A stretch of 64,000 bases of DNA. Origin: an uncultured Candidatus Saccharibacteria bacterium. Lineage in GTDB: Bacteria > Patescibacteriota > JAUYIX01 > CAYMIK01. Shown here piece after piece: positions 7,279 to 15,997 of this stretch; position 1 is the stretch's first letter; each line of letters begins with the position of its first letter. The stretch lies in contig CAYMIK010000003.1 in assembly GCA_964390745.1 (NCBI GenBank), positions 6,543 to 70,542 on the forward strand. Direction: 5' to 3'. Under the pieces are notes generated by a model. It made no database searches, was not told where the DNA came from, and saw only the letters and a list, made by a program, of their open reading frames with translations. The position numbers were made by a program, and so were the translations under genes.

Positions 7279-8229
7279 ATGCCTAAAAAACAAACATACA
7301 AAAATATTCGACAGTTGCTCATGATGGCTGCCATTGTTGCCATCGGTTTTTTTGGACTCCTTGCAAAACCACAAATGATCTTTGCTCAGGAAAGTACCTT
7401 TCCTGAAACTCCGCAACTTGTAACGTGCTCAGGCGCAGCTTGTAAGTGGTGTGATGTCTTTGCGCTTTTGCAACGTGCTTTCAATACCGCGGAAGTAATC
7501 ATCTTCCCGATTATTGTTATTTACATCATCTATGGCGCCGTTCTGTATATCATTGGTTCAACCAGCGGCAGTGAAGAGAGCATAGAAAAAGCTCGCTCAA
7601 CGGTAACGGATGCCATCATTGGTCTTGTCTTGCTCATGCTCACATTTATCATTGTGAATGCAGCCATAATTGGAATTACCGGAAGCAAGATTGAAAACTT
7701 TGTTAACCTCGACTGCTCTGTTATCGATACTTCTATTAGCAATGAAGGGGGAGGATCGATAACGCCACCTCCTGTAATAACTAAGCCGGCAACTCCTGAT
7801 CAAACGGCTCTTGGAAACATTACCGAAGAAGCTGCGCGACAGATTATGAAAGATAACGGCATTGCTATTAACCACGACCCCTGTCCGAAAACCACAGGAC
7901 GCGTTTCGGGTTGTACCAATCTTGCTGGTATGCGCGATGCAACTATTGCGGGAATTACGAATACAAATGAAGCGTGCAAGGCGTTTAATGGTGGAGCATC
8001 TTGCAATCTGATGATTAATGGCGGCACGGAATATGCGCACGCGGAGGGTACATACTCTCATATGAAGGGCTACAAGGTGGACTTTGCTGCAAACAGTGCT
8101 CTTACGAAATACATACATACGTTTAAGTACAAGGGCGTGCGAAGCAAAGATGGCGCGCGCCAGTATGTAGACCCAGCCGGGAATGTGTATGCCGACGAAG
8201 GTAATCACTGGGATGTAACGTACTATTAA
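7279..8229 (+). CDS. Membrane protein with an N-terminal signal peptide plus two TM helices (VirB2/TrbC-pilin-like topology) and a C-terminal M15/VanY-like (LAS) zinc peptidase domain. Likely a peptidoglycan hydrolase.
   Basis: N-terminal hydrophobic helices are seen directly. C-terminal SHMKGYKVD fits S-x-H-x6-D, and EGNHW fits E-x-x-H, the metal-binding motifs of M15 D,D-carboxypeptidase/endolysin-type enzymes. Confidence 0.55.
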   Translation: MPKKQTYKNIRQLLMMAAIVAIGFFGLLAKPQMIFAQESTFPETPQLVTCSGAACKWCDVFALLQRAFNTAEVIIFPIIVIYIIYGAVLYIIGSTSGSEESIEKARSTVTDAIIGLVLLMLTFIIVNAAIIGITGSKIENFVNLDCSVIDTSISNEGGGSITPPPVITKPATPDQTALGNITEEAARQIMKDNGIAINHDPCPKTTGRVSGCTNLAGMRDATIAGITNTNEACKAFNGGASCNLMINGGTEYAHAEGTYSHMKGYKVDFAANSALTKYIHTFKYKGVRSKDGARQYVDPAGNVYADEGNHWDVTYY

Positions 8230-8245
8230 TTTGTTGTAACTTTTC

Positions 8246-8282
8246 AAACTTTCGCTTGACAGTACGGGCGAAAGTTTTATTA
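8246..8282 (+). terminator. Intrinsic terminator (AAACTTTCGC...GCGAAAGTTT followed by TATTATTTT).
   Basis: 10-bp inverted repeat plus a T-rich tract directly after the stop codon at 8229. Confidence 0.7.
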
Positions 8283-8764
8283 TTTTCATTACGAATTTTC
8301 CTCTTTCGGTTTGGAAGCGCGGCTTCCAAGACGGAGGTTTGAGAAATTGGCAAACGTCCTTTTGGTCGTTTTCCGAAAGCGTGCCACGGGCCGACTCTTC
8401 GCTGTCGAAGTAATCGGTATCACCATCGCTCCTCGCAGGCGAGGCTGCAATCGACTCTTCAGCGTTTCGTCGCAAGACACAACGCCCGAAGGCCGATCAA
8501 TCACTCGGAGACTTGCCCGCAGAGCCGCAGACCGCGATGCCCGCATCGGACCTTCGGTTCGCATCAAGGGCCTTCGCAGCAACTATTGCTGAGCTGATCA
8601 GCAACGGAGACAACTTCGCTACACGTTACACGATTCAAACAACCCCAACCCCCGAGGCCAATGCACCCCGCGGCGGTTTCGGACGTACTTTTGTATCCTC
8701 TTTGACTTCGTGCCCACAACTTCATACAATGGCCTTGTATGAATGTTGAAAATGTTATTCACGA

Positions 8765-9406
8765 ATGAGCGAAGAAAACAAAAAAATACAGGACATCAAA
8801 GGGAAAGTTCTTAAAGCGCAACAAAAGCGACCCCGCAATATTGGTCAGTGGGTTGCCATTGCATGCGTGGTGTTTGTGTTGATAGTAGGAACGGGTCTTG
8901 CGAGCTTTGGTTTACCTCGAGTGCGACAAGGTTTGCAGCATGCTCAAACTTCGTTGTCGCACCTGGGATCAAAGGTGACGAATATTGATGGGATCAAAGG
9001 TGAAGTAAAGAACAGCGTAACCAGTGCAGTGCAGGGGCAGGTTGGAAATACGGTGAGCAATACGGTTCATGGTGCCGTAAATTCGGCAGTGAACTCGGCT
9101 GTTTCGGAGCTGGCACCGAACACTGATCTCTCTACGAATGGAATTGGAAACAAGACGATTCAAAATGTAAAAATCAAGGGCAAGGCCGTGTTGATCACGG
9201 GTATTCTTGCCGCACCAGCAAACACTGAGGCAAAACTTGAGCTGAGCGAGTCGAACTCCGCGCGTCTCATCGCCAGTATGTCGTTTGGTACGGCCCAAGG
9301 CCAGACCACAGCAACCATTGCGCGGCTTTTCACGGTCATCCCCGGTGACTATACCGTCCGAATTGAAACAACGGGCGCATGGAACGTCACGATAGTTGAG
9401 AAATAA
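8765..9406 (+). CDS. Hypothetical membrane-anchored protein with short internal repeats (NSVTSAVQGQVGNTVSNTVHGAVNSAV).
   Basis: ORF with N-terminal TM helix (WVAIACVVFVLIVGTGLASFG). Repeat-rich; no recognisable catalytic motif. Confidence 0.5.
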   Translation: MSEENKKIQDIKGKVLKAQQKRPRNIGQWVAIACVVFVLIVGTGLASFGLPRVRQGLQHAQTSLSHLGSKVTNIDGIKGEVKNSVTSAVQGQVGNTVSNTVHGAVNSAVNSAVSELAPNTDLSTNGIGNKTIQNVKIKGKAVLITGILAAPANTEAKLELSESNSARLIASMSFGTAQGQTTATIARLFTVIPGDYTVRIETTGAWNVTIVEK

Positions 9407-9422
9407 ATTTTCACCGTGCTCT

Positions 9423-10388
9423 TTAGGCGGCGCCAGCGGTCGCAGCTTTTGTTTTTATCCGAATCTTCTGTTTCTTTGATTTCTTGAGTTCTGGGTTGGT
9501 GAGCCGGCTAACTTTGAGAAGCTTGTAGTTGTGCTCACGTAAATATTGGGGAGTCACTTTGTATATAGCGGGTGCAAGATTTTCTACGACGAACTCAGTT
9601 TTTTTCTTTTTCCCTTCAATGTATGTTTCGCGCCAAATTTCGTTGAATCGGTAAAAGGTATGTTTGTGCAAAACAAACGTATGGTGCTTTTCTTCGATGT
9701 GAAACTTTTTAGCTTGTGGCTCGTTAGATCGAATCTGCCCCTTGAGATATTTATCAGTCAACCATAATTTGATTTGGAGTGGATGCTTTGACGTATTCTT
9801 TACGCGAAGATCCAAATAGTTATAGAAGATTGTTGCGCCAGAAGCAAAGGGGAGTACGCGGCCGGAATCAGGGAAAACATCAAGCGAGTGATGATGTCGT
9901 TCTGTGATGGTTGCTTCCGTGTGTAGAAAAATCCAGTGCAAAAAATTTGAGAGCTGGCATAAGCCACCACCCACACCTTCGCGTACATCACCACCGGCCA
10001 GGAGCATGCCGCTCGTGTATCCTTTTCTTTCGGTTGGCTTGCCGAGAGTTCGCCATAATGAAAAAGTTTCCCCGGGCTGGATAACAAGTCCGTTGAGTTT
10101 TTGTATGGCCACGCGAAGATTCTGAACTTTATTTATTTGAAGGCGCATGTCAGAGTCACCAAGGGTTCGCATCAGTACCGATTGATGACGAGCAACAACG
10201 GCTGGCAATTCCGTATCAGTAATGGTGTGAGCAACAGGAGTCACAAGGTCTTGGAATCTTCGTCGAGATCGTTTTGCGAAGATGATAGGTTTTTGTAAAA
10301 GGGGATAACGAAAAGAGACTGAACGATGTTTTGGATGTAAGTGATCGTACAGCTGTGCTTTTATTTTTTCAGTTGTCTTTGTGTGCAT
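9423..10388 (-). CDS. VanW-family protein.
   Basis: Conserved VanW-domain core GDVREGVGGGLCQLSNFLHW. Lys-rich tail. Confidence 0.7.
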   Translation of the reverse strand: MHTKTTEKIKAQLYDHLHPKHRSVSFRYPLLQKPIIFAKRSRRRFQDLVTPVAHTITDTELPAVVARHQSVLMRTLGDSDMRLQINKVQNLRVAIQKLNGLVIQPGETFSLWRTLGKPTERKGYTSGMLLAGGDVREGVGGGLCQLSNFLHWIFLHTEATITERHHHSLDVFPDSGRVLPFASGATIFYNYLDLRVKNTSKHPLQIKLWLTDKYLKGQIRSNEPQAKKFHIEEKHHTFVLHKHTFYRFNEIWRETYIEGKKKKTEFVVENLAPAIYKVTPQYLREHNYKLLKVSRLTNPELKKSKKQKIRIKTKAATAGAA

Positions 10389-10403
10389 GCAAACAAATTA
10401 TAC

Positions 10404-10970
10404 TCAAAAGACCAAATTTTGCAACAGCACGAGGCGGCGAGGGTACTTCGCTTCTGTGATTTCTGCTACTGTTTTCGTTTTTTTGTTTACGGCTTCTTCG
10501 TTGGCATCGCGGAAAGCGTTCATAAATCTCTCTTGCTCCTCCAATGAAAGAGCACGGAAAGAAAAAGTTTTTCCAAATTCTCTTGTTCTCGATTCGACAA
10601 TGTTCTCTGGAGGATTAAACCCTAGAGTATAAGAACTTTTTCCTAATTTCTTTAGGTTTGGATTTTGTCTCTCTCGGTAGTTATGAGCAAAACTCCGTGC
10701 TAGGGTTTCCAGATCTTGGTGAGAGCTGCTGGAACCGGAGTATCCTTCTCTTGATTCCGGATGCCTTCTCTGAAATTCAGTAGGATGAAGTTTTCCTTCC
10801 CACTTGAAGTGAATCAATTTTTGTGGCGACTCCAATGGGGTGCTGTACCCATGGCCGTGGTCTGTATGCGTATGAGAATGAGTAACAGTTTCCTCTATTG
10901 CGTAGATACTTATCTCCGCGGGTACATCTTCACGAGATTCTTGTTTGAGGAGGCTATCTTCAATAGACAT
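10404..10970 (-). CDS. Hypothetical protein with a His-rich segment (HSHTHTDHGHGYS).
   Basis: ORF only; no recognised motif. The start was chosen at MSIEDSLL so that the gene does not overlap the tRNA 3' end (ORF track start 10997). Confidence 0.45.
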   Translation of the reverse strand: MSIEDSLLKQESREDVPAEISIYAIEETVTHSHTHTDHGHGYSTPLESPQKLIHFKWEGKLHPTEFQRRHPESREGYSGSSSSHQDLETLARSFAHNYRERQNPNLKKLGKSSYTLGFNPPENIVESRTREFGKTFSFRALSLEEQERFMNAFRDANEEAVNKKTKTVAEITEAKYPRRLVLLQNLVF

Positions 10971-10989
10971 ATTTCCTCTTTGGCTTAAT

Positions 10990-11065
10990 TGGTACACCCG
11001 GAGGGATTCGAACCCCCGACCAACAGGTTAGAAACCTGCTGCTCTTCCAGCTGAGCTACGGGTGC
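10990..11065 (-). tRNA. tRNA-Arg (anticodon TCT) with encoded CCA.
   Basis: Reverse complement GCACCCG-TA-GCTC-AGCTGGAA-GAGC-A-GCAGG-TTTCTAA-CCTGT-TGGTC-GGGGG-TTCGAAT-CCCTC-CGGGTGT-A-CCA. Confidence 0.85.
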
Positions 11066-11182
11066 ACGTCCAAACAGATTATTTATTCAGATAGTGAAAG
11101 TACATATATCCGACGCCAATCGTGAGGGCAACAACAAGAATGATTCCAATGATCCCTTTCAAAACTCGAGCAACGGTGTAAT

Positions 11183-12112
11183 TCATGGCTTCCTCCTTTT
11201 TCCGTGAAATGCTTTGTGAACTTCGCGAAGCTGTCTGTTGGTTAAGTGGGTATACACTTGTGTAGTTGTGATGCTTGAGTGACCCAACAAAGTTTGTACG
11301 CTTCGGATATCTGCGCCGTTCTGCAATAAGTCGGTTGCAAAGGAGTGGCGAAGTGTATGCGGTGTGATGTCCTTTGTGATTCCGGCCTTGGCGGCGTAGT
11401 GCTTCACAATACGCTGAATTGAGCGCGGTGTCAATCGGATATCTTCGTCGTCGCTCTTCATTCTTTTTGCTCTTCCGCGGTCGTATCGAATAAATAATGC
11501 CTCATCGCTGTCGTGTCGTTTGTCTAAATAGCGCTTCACCCAGGTTCTTGCATCCGGAGAAATAAAAACGATGCGCAATTTGTCTCCCTTTCCACGAACA
11601 GTAAACTCATCTTTGCCGAGATTGATTTGGTTGATGTTCAGATTGGCGATTTCACTCACGCGAAGTCCGGTAGAGAAGAGGAGTTCGAGTAATGCCCGGT
11701 CTCGCATGCCCTGCATGTTGGTAACATTGGGTTGCTTCAACAGACTTTCTACTTCATCAGCTTCCAAAAATTCAACTTGCCGCTGTGTGGCCTTGGGAAG
11801 TTCAATTTTTTCGGCAGCTAAAGTTTCAATATCTTGTTTTGCTAAGTATTTTAAGAATGCACGAAGTGCAATCACGTGATAGTTCTGTGTTGAGCGCTTT
11901 AAAAGTTCGCCAGATTTTTTTCCTGGGCGATTTAAATACACGCGATACTGTTTCACGAGCTCGTTCGTTATCTTTTTTGGATCGGTGACGCCAGCCCACG
12001 CCAAAAAGCGGGTGAGATAGTGATCGTAGTTCTCAATCGTTTTTTGTGATCGGTTTTTTTCGACTTCCATGTAGGTCAGGAAATCGGTTTTGAGATTTTG
12101 GAGGTTTGCCAT
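11183..12112 (-). CDS. Tyrosine site-specific recombinase (XerC/XerD / phage-integrase family).
   Basis: C-terminal catalytic region HTLRHSFATDLLQNGADIRSVQTLLGHSSITTTQVYTHL, with the R..H..R..Y tetrad context. N-terminal SAM-like core-binding domain. Confidence 0.85.
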   Translation of the reverse strand: MANLQNLKTDFLTYMEVEKNRSQKTIENYDHYLTRFLAWAGVTDPKKITNELVKQYRVYLNRPGKKSGELLKRSTQNYHVIALRAFLKYLAKQDIETLAAEKIELPKATQRQVEFLEADEVESLLKQPNVTNMQGMRDRALLELLFSTGLRVSEIANLNINQINLGKDEFTVRGKGDKLRIVFISPDARTWVKRYLDKRHDSDEALFIRYDRGRAKRMKSDDEDIRLTPRSIQRIVKHYAAKAGITKDITPHTLRHSFATDLLQNGADIRSVQTLLGHSSITTTQVYTHLTNRQLREVHKAFHGKRRKP

Positions 12113-12194
12113 CGGTCATATTGTACGACACATTAGAAATTTATTCTAGTTGAAGACCGGGGGGGCGCCGCGCTGCGACGCCCCCCGAATGCCG

Positions 12195-12536
12195 TTACCC
12201 TTGGATCTGAGACTTGTGGTTCAGATTGCCCTCGTAGTCGAAGTTGAGTGCGAAACTATCGATCTCCCGCTTGCGGCAGGTGTCGTCGTAGATCCGACAC
12301 TCCACTGCGTAGCCGCTTGGGCTCACGGCCGTCCTCACCTCGAGCCGTGTTGCGAAGTTGCACGTTTCTGACGTCGGAAGCACTTGGGCGAAATGCGGGT
12401 CTCTTGGCTTGTGGGACCTGCGGAGCAATGCGTCGATGATGGCGCTCATCCATTGCCACATTCTCGTGTTTGCCTGCTCCGTTCCGGGGAACGCTGCCGT
12501 GTCGATCTTGATCTCCATCGTAGGACCCTTTCGCAT
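12195..12536 (-). CDS. Hypothetical small protein (113 aa) encoded inside a GC-rich islet next to the tyrosine recombinase.
   Basis: ORF with protein-like composition in strongly GC-shifted DNA. No homology recognised; coding status uncertain. Confidence 0.3.
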   Translation of the reverse strand: MRKGPTMEIKIDTAAFPGTEQANTRMWQWMSAIIDALLRRSHKPRDPHFAQVLPTSETCNFATRLEVRTAVSPSGYAVECRIYDDTCRKREIDSFALNFDYEGNLNHKSQIQG

Positions 12537-12624
12537 GCCTGTAGTGTTATTGGTGGAGAGAGAGAGGGAGCGGTTGTCCTTGTGCAGGCTATTACTCTCT
12601 CAAGAGATTGTCAAGAGTATGCAT

Positions 12625-12653
12625 TTGACAAAAATAACCCCATGTTGTAGAAT
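12625..12653 (+). promoter_or_regulatory. Near-consensus sigma70 promoter TTGACA-N17-TAGAAT upstream of rpsO (leader about 90 nt).
   Basis: TTGACA at 12625-12630, 17-nt spacer, TAGAAT at 12648-12653. Confidence 0.7.
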
Positions 12654-12742
12654 CTGGGAGCAAATTCGAAGTTGTTTGACGGCACCTTACGTGCTAGGGC
12701 GCACGCGGCAATTTCACGTTATACATTTAATATCATAGAAAC

Positions 12743-13018
12743 ATGGCACTCTCAAAGAATTCCAAGACCCGAATCATTAAGAAATTCCAGACTCACGAAA
12801 AAGATACGGGATCCCCAGAAGTTCAGGTTGCAGTTCTTACCAAGAAAATCAATCAGTTGACCTCTCATCTTAAGACCAACCGCAAGGACTTCAGCTCACG
12901 CCGAGGTTTATTGAAGATGGTTGCCAAGCGACGCAAGCTTTTGTCGTTCTTGAAGCGCGAAGATGAAAAACGATACAAAAAACTTCTCAAGTCTACTGGC
13001 TTGAAAGAAGTAGCTTAA
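12743..13018 (+). CDS. rpsO: 30S ribosomal protein S15.
   Basis: Full-length S15-like sequence (MALSKNSKTRIIKKFQTHEKDTGSPEVQVAVLTKKINQLTSHLK...). Canonical position upstream of pnp. Confidence 0.95.
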   Translation: MALSKNSKTRIIKKFQTHEKDTGSPEVQVAVLTKKINQLTSHLKTNRKDFSSRRGLLKMVAKRRKLLSFLKREDEKRYKKLLKSTGLKEVA

Positions 13019-13038
13019 AAAGTTCCAAGGAAAAAGAT

Positions 13039-13572
13039 TTGTTTCTCCAAAAAAACCCAAATCAACGTGTAGGAGTGTTCGTTGATGTGTCGAACATGTA
13101 TCATTCAGCGCGAAATATCTATCGCGCGCACTTGAATTTTGGTGCAGTTTTGGAAGCAGCCGTTGCCGGACGCCAGTTGGTTCGAGCCATTGCCTATGCT
13201 ATTAAGGCCGATGCTCCTGAAGAAGAAAAGTTTTTCCAGGCATTGGCGAATCAGGGTTTTGAACTCCAAATCAAAGAGCTCCAGACCTTTGCGGGCGGTG
13301 CGAAAAAGGGGGATTGGGACATGGGAATTGCTATCGACACCATTAAGTTGGCTCCAAAGCTTGATACCGTAATATTGGTATCAGGAGATGGAGACTACTC
13401 TGTGTTGTTGGAACACTTGCGCACTATGGGGTGCCGAGTTGAAGTAATTGCGTTCGCAGAAAGCGCATCGCACTTACTCAAAGCTGTTGCCGATGACTTC
13501 ACGGACATCTCACAAAACAAGAGAGCGTTCCTGAAGCGGGTGCCAGCTCGAAGATTGCCACCTCACCAGTAA
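13039..13572 (+). CDS. NYN-domain (LabA-like / DUF88) protein, a predicted RNase.
   Basis: VGVFVDVSNMYHSA... and ...ILVSGDGDYSVLLEHLRTMGCRVEVIAF are the NYN/LabA acidic-residue signatures. Confidence 0.75.
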   Translation: MFLQKNPNQRVGVFVDVSNMYHSARNIYRAHLNFGAVLEAAVAGRQLVRAIAYAIKADAPEEEKFFQALANQGFELQIKELQTFAGGAKKGDWDMGIAIDTIKLAPKLDTVILVSGDGDYSVLLEHLRTMGCRVEVIAFAESASHLLKAVADDFTDISQNKRAFLKRVPARRLPPHQ

Positions 13573-13610
13573 AAAGTGCGATCGTTTGTTCTCAGGCAAT
13601 TGCTCCTGAA

Positions 13611-13660
13611 GGCCATCCGGAGGCCGAGTGCGAATTTCCAGTGGGAAATTCGACACGTGC
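13611..13660 (+). repeat. Structured repeat element copy 1 (GGCCATCCGGAGGC...GTGCGAATTTCC-AGTG-GGAAATTCGACACGTGC) in the pnp leader.
   Basis: 12-bp hairpin. The same element with compensatory stem changes recurs at 15998-16102. Confidence 0.6.
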
Positions 13661-13820
13661 TTGAAGGGGGAACTGCCTGAGAGCAAAGAAAAAAAATTCA
13701 AAAAACAAAAACAAAAGCCCAACTCATTCAAGTTTTGTTTATAATTTAATTTTCTCTTCGTAAGACACATAGGCTTGGTTTACAAGTCTGCAGTCTTCCG
13801 AAGAGACATGAAAGGAAACT

Positions 13821-15965
13821 ATGCAAAAAGTTTCACGTCAGGAAACCGTTATTGACGGTAAGAAGGTAGTTTTAGAAGTAGGTAAATACGCAGCACAAGC
13901 AAATGGTGCCGCAACGTGCCAGATTGGCGAAACCGTTGTTTTGGCAACCGCTGTTATGGGAAAAGAAGATCCAAACATCGACTACTTCCCATTGATGGTT
14001 GAATATGAAGAGCGAATGTACGCTGCTGGAAAAATTAAGTCCAGCCGATTCGTAAAGCGCGAAGGCCGAGCAACCGACGAAGCAATTCTTACTGCTCGTT
14101 TGGTAGACCGAGGACTTCGTCCACTCTTTGCTGAAAGCTTTAAGCGACAAGTACAAATTATTGTGACCGTTTTGTCATACGATGGTGAAAACGATCCAGA
14201 TTTAGCAGCTATTCTTGCTGCCTCGACCGCATTGTTGGTTTCAGATATTCCATTTATGCAACCAATCGCTGGTATTCGTGTTGCTTCCATTGATGGCAAA
14301 TATGTTTTGATGCCATCAAAAGACCAAGAAGAGAAGAGTGTTATGGACTTAGTAGTTTCTGCTAAGGCAGATGGACTCGTAATGGTTGAAGCTGGTGCAA
14401 ATATGGTTACGGAAGAGTTGATTCTTGGTGGAATTGAGCAAGCACAAGCTGCTGCCAAGACGTTGTGTGAATTACAAGAAGCAGTTCGAAAAGAAGCTGG
14501 CCGCGAAAAAGTAGAAGTTGTTGCTCCTACGCATAACGAAGACCTCTATACAACCATGAAAAAACTTCTCGAACCAAAGTTCGAAGAAATTTTCATGACC
14601 AAAGGAAAAGTTGCACGAAACTTGGCCTTCTCTGCTCTCAAGGCTTCATTGAAAGAAGAGCTTGGTTCAACCCGATTCGCATCACTTAGCCCAGAAGACC
14701 TTTCAAACGAAGAAAAAGAATTTGCCGGCTACATGGAAGAGCTCTTCAATGAATACGTCCGAACACAAATCTTGCAGAACGCAAAACGATTTGAAGGACG
14801 AGCGCTTGACCAAATTCGAGACATCAATGTTCAGGTTGGCGTGTTGCCACGAACTCACGGAACAGGCTTGTTCCAACGTGGTGAAACGCAAGTTATGACC
14901 ATTGCAACTCTTGGAGCTCCAGGATCAGAGCAGATTTTGGACGGAATGGAATTGGATGAAAAGAAATACTACATGCACCACTACAACTTCCCAGGATTCT
15001 CGGTAGGCGAAGTTGAGCGAATGGGTTGGCCATCTCGACGAGAAATTGGACACGGCGCATTGGCAGAACGCGCACTCGTTCCTGTGTTGCCTGACCGCGC
15101 GAAGTTCCCATACATTGTACGATTGGTATCAGAAGTACTCGAAGCTAATGGTTCTACCTCAATGGCTTCAACCTGTGGTTCTACATTGGCACTCATGGAC
15201 GCTGGCGTTCCTATTAAGGCCCCAGTTGCAGGTGTTGCCATGGGACTCATCATGGACAAAGACGGCAAGTATCAGATCTTGACCGACATCCAAGGTGAAG
15301 AAGATCACTTAGGAGACATGGACTTCAAAGTTACCGGAACCAAAGATGGTGTTACGGCCATGCAAATGGATATCAAGGTTACAGGAATCACTCGAGAAGT
15401 GATGATTGAAGCCTTGGAGAAGGCAAAAGTTGCTCGTCAATTTATCTTGGATAAAATGACGGCAGTTATTCCTGCTCCACGAGCTGAACTTTCCAAGTTT
15501 GCTCCACGAATCGTAACGCTTACCATCAACCCAGCCAAGATTAAGGATGTTATTGGTAAGGGTGGCGAAACAATTAACAAGATCATTGACGAAACCGGCG
15601 TTGAGATTAACATTGAAGATGACGGACAGGTCAACATTGCTTCTGCCGACGGTGCAGCACTTGAAAAGGCTGTGAAGTGGGTGAACGATTTGACTCGTGA
15701 ACTTGAACCAGGTGAGTTGTTTGATGGAGTTGTTACGCGCGTTGAGAACTTTGGTGCATTCGTCCGCGTACTTCCTGGAAAAGAAGGATTGGTACACGTC
15801 TCACAAATTTCCAACAAGCGTATTGATGACCTTACCAAGGTTGTGAAGGTAGGGGACAAGATGAAAGTTATGGTTATGGAAATTGACGAAAAGGGACGAT
15901 TGAACTTGTCACGAACTTTGGCGATTGCAAAGATTGCTGAACAGAAGAACGAAGAAAAAAAGTAG
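13821..15965 (+). CDS. pnp: Polynucleotide phosphorylase (PNPase).
   Basis: Two RNase PH domains plus KH and S1 domains, readable throughout (e.g. FKVTGTKDGVTAMQMDIK; C-terminal S1 ...GLVHVSQIS...). Confidence 0.95.
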   Translation: MQKVSRQETVIDGKKVVLEVGKYAAQANGAATCQIGETVVLATAVMGKEDPNIDYFPLMVEYEERMYAAGKIKSSRFVKREGRATDEAILTARLVDRGLRPLFAESFKRQVQIIVTVLSYDGENDPDLAAILAASTALLVSDIPFMQPIAGIRVASIDGKYVLMPSKDQEEKSVMDLVVSAKADGLVMVEAGANMVTEELILGGIEQAQAAAKTLCELQEAVRKEAGREKVEVVAPTHNEDLYTTMKKLLEPKFEEIFMTKGKVARNLAFSALKASLKEELGSTRFASLSPEDLSNEEKEFAGYMEELFNEYVRTQILQNAKRFEGRALDQIRDINVQVGVLPRTHGTGLFQRGETQVMTIATLGAPGSEQILDGMELDEKKYYMHHYNFPGFSVGEVERMGWPSRREIGHGALAERALVPVLPDRAKFPYIVRLVSEVLEANGSTSMASTCGSTLALMDAGVPIKAPVAGVAMGLIMDKDGKYQILTDIQGEEDHLGDMDFKVTGTKDGVTAMQMDIKVTGITREVMIEALEKAKVARQFILDKMTAVIPAPRAELSKFAPRIVTLTINPAKIKDVIGKGGETINKIIDETGVEINIEDDGQVNIASADGAALEKAVKWVNDLTRELEPGELFDGVVTRVENFGAFVRVLPGKEGLVHVSQISNKRIDDLTKVVKVGDKMKVMVMEIDEKGRLNLSRTLAIAKIAEQKNEEKK

Positions 15966-15997
15966 TTTTCAGAAGTGTTTGAAGGTTCTGTCTGCTT

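Noticed and set aside
7597-8475. 292-aa ORF on the minus strand
   Set aside because: Antisense to the well-supported 7279-8229 gene (signal peptide, TM helices, M15 motifs). Its translation is Arg/Ser-rich with no motif and no RBS.
12690-12705. Possible att-like repeat of the tRNA-Arg(TCT) 5' segment in the rpsO leader
   Set aside because: Only about 11 of 14 matching positions. Could easily be chance, so it is mentioned within a finding but not called as a feature.
12358-12738. 126-aa plus-strand ORF (and 12384-12650) overlapping the rpsO promoter
   Set aside because: It runs through the near-consensus rpsO promoter and leader and has no RBS. Treated as noncoding, while the minus-strand 12195-12536 ORF is kept at low confidence.
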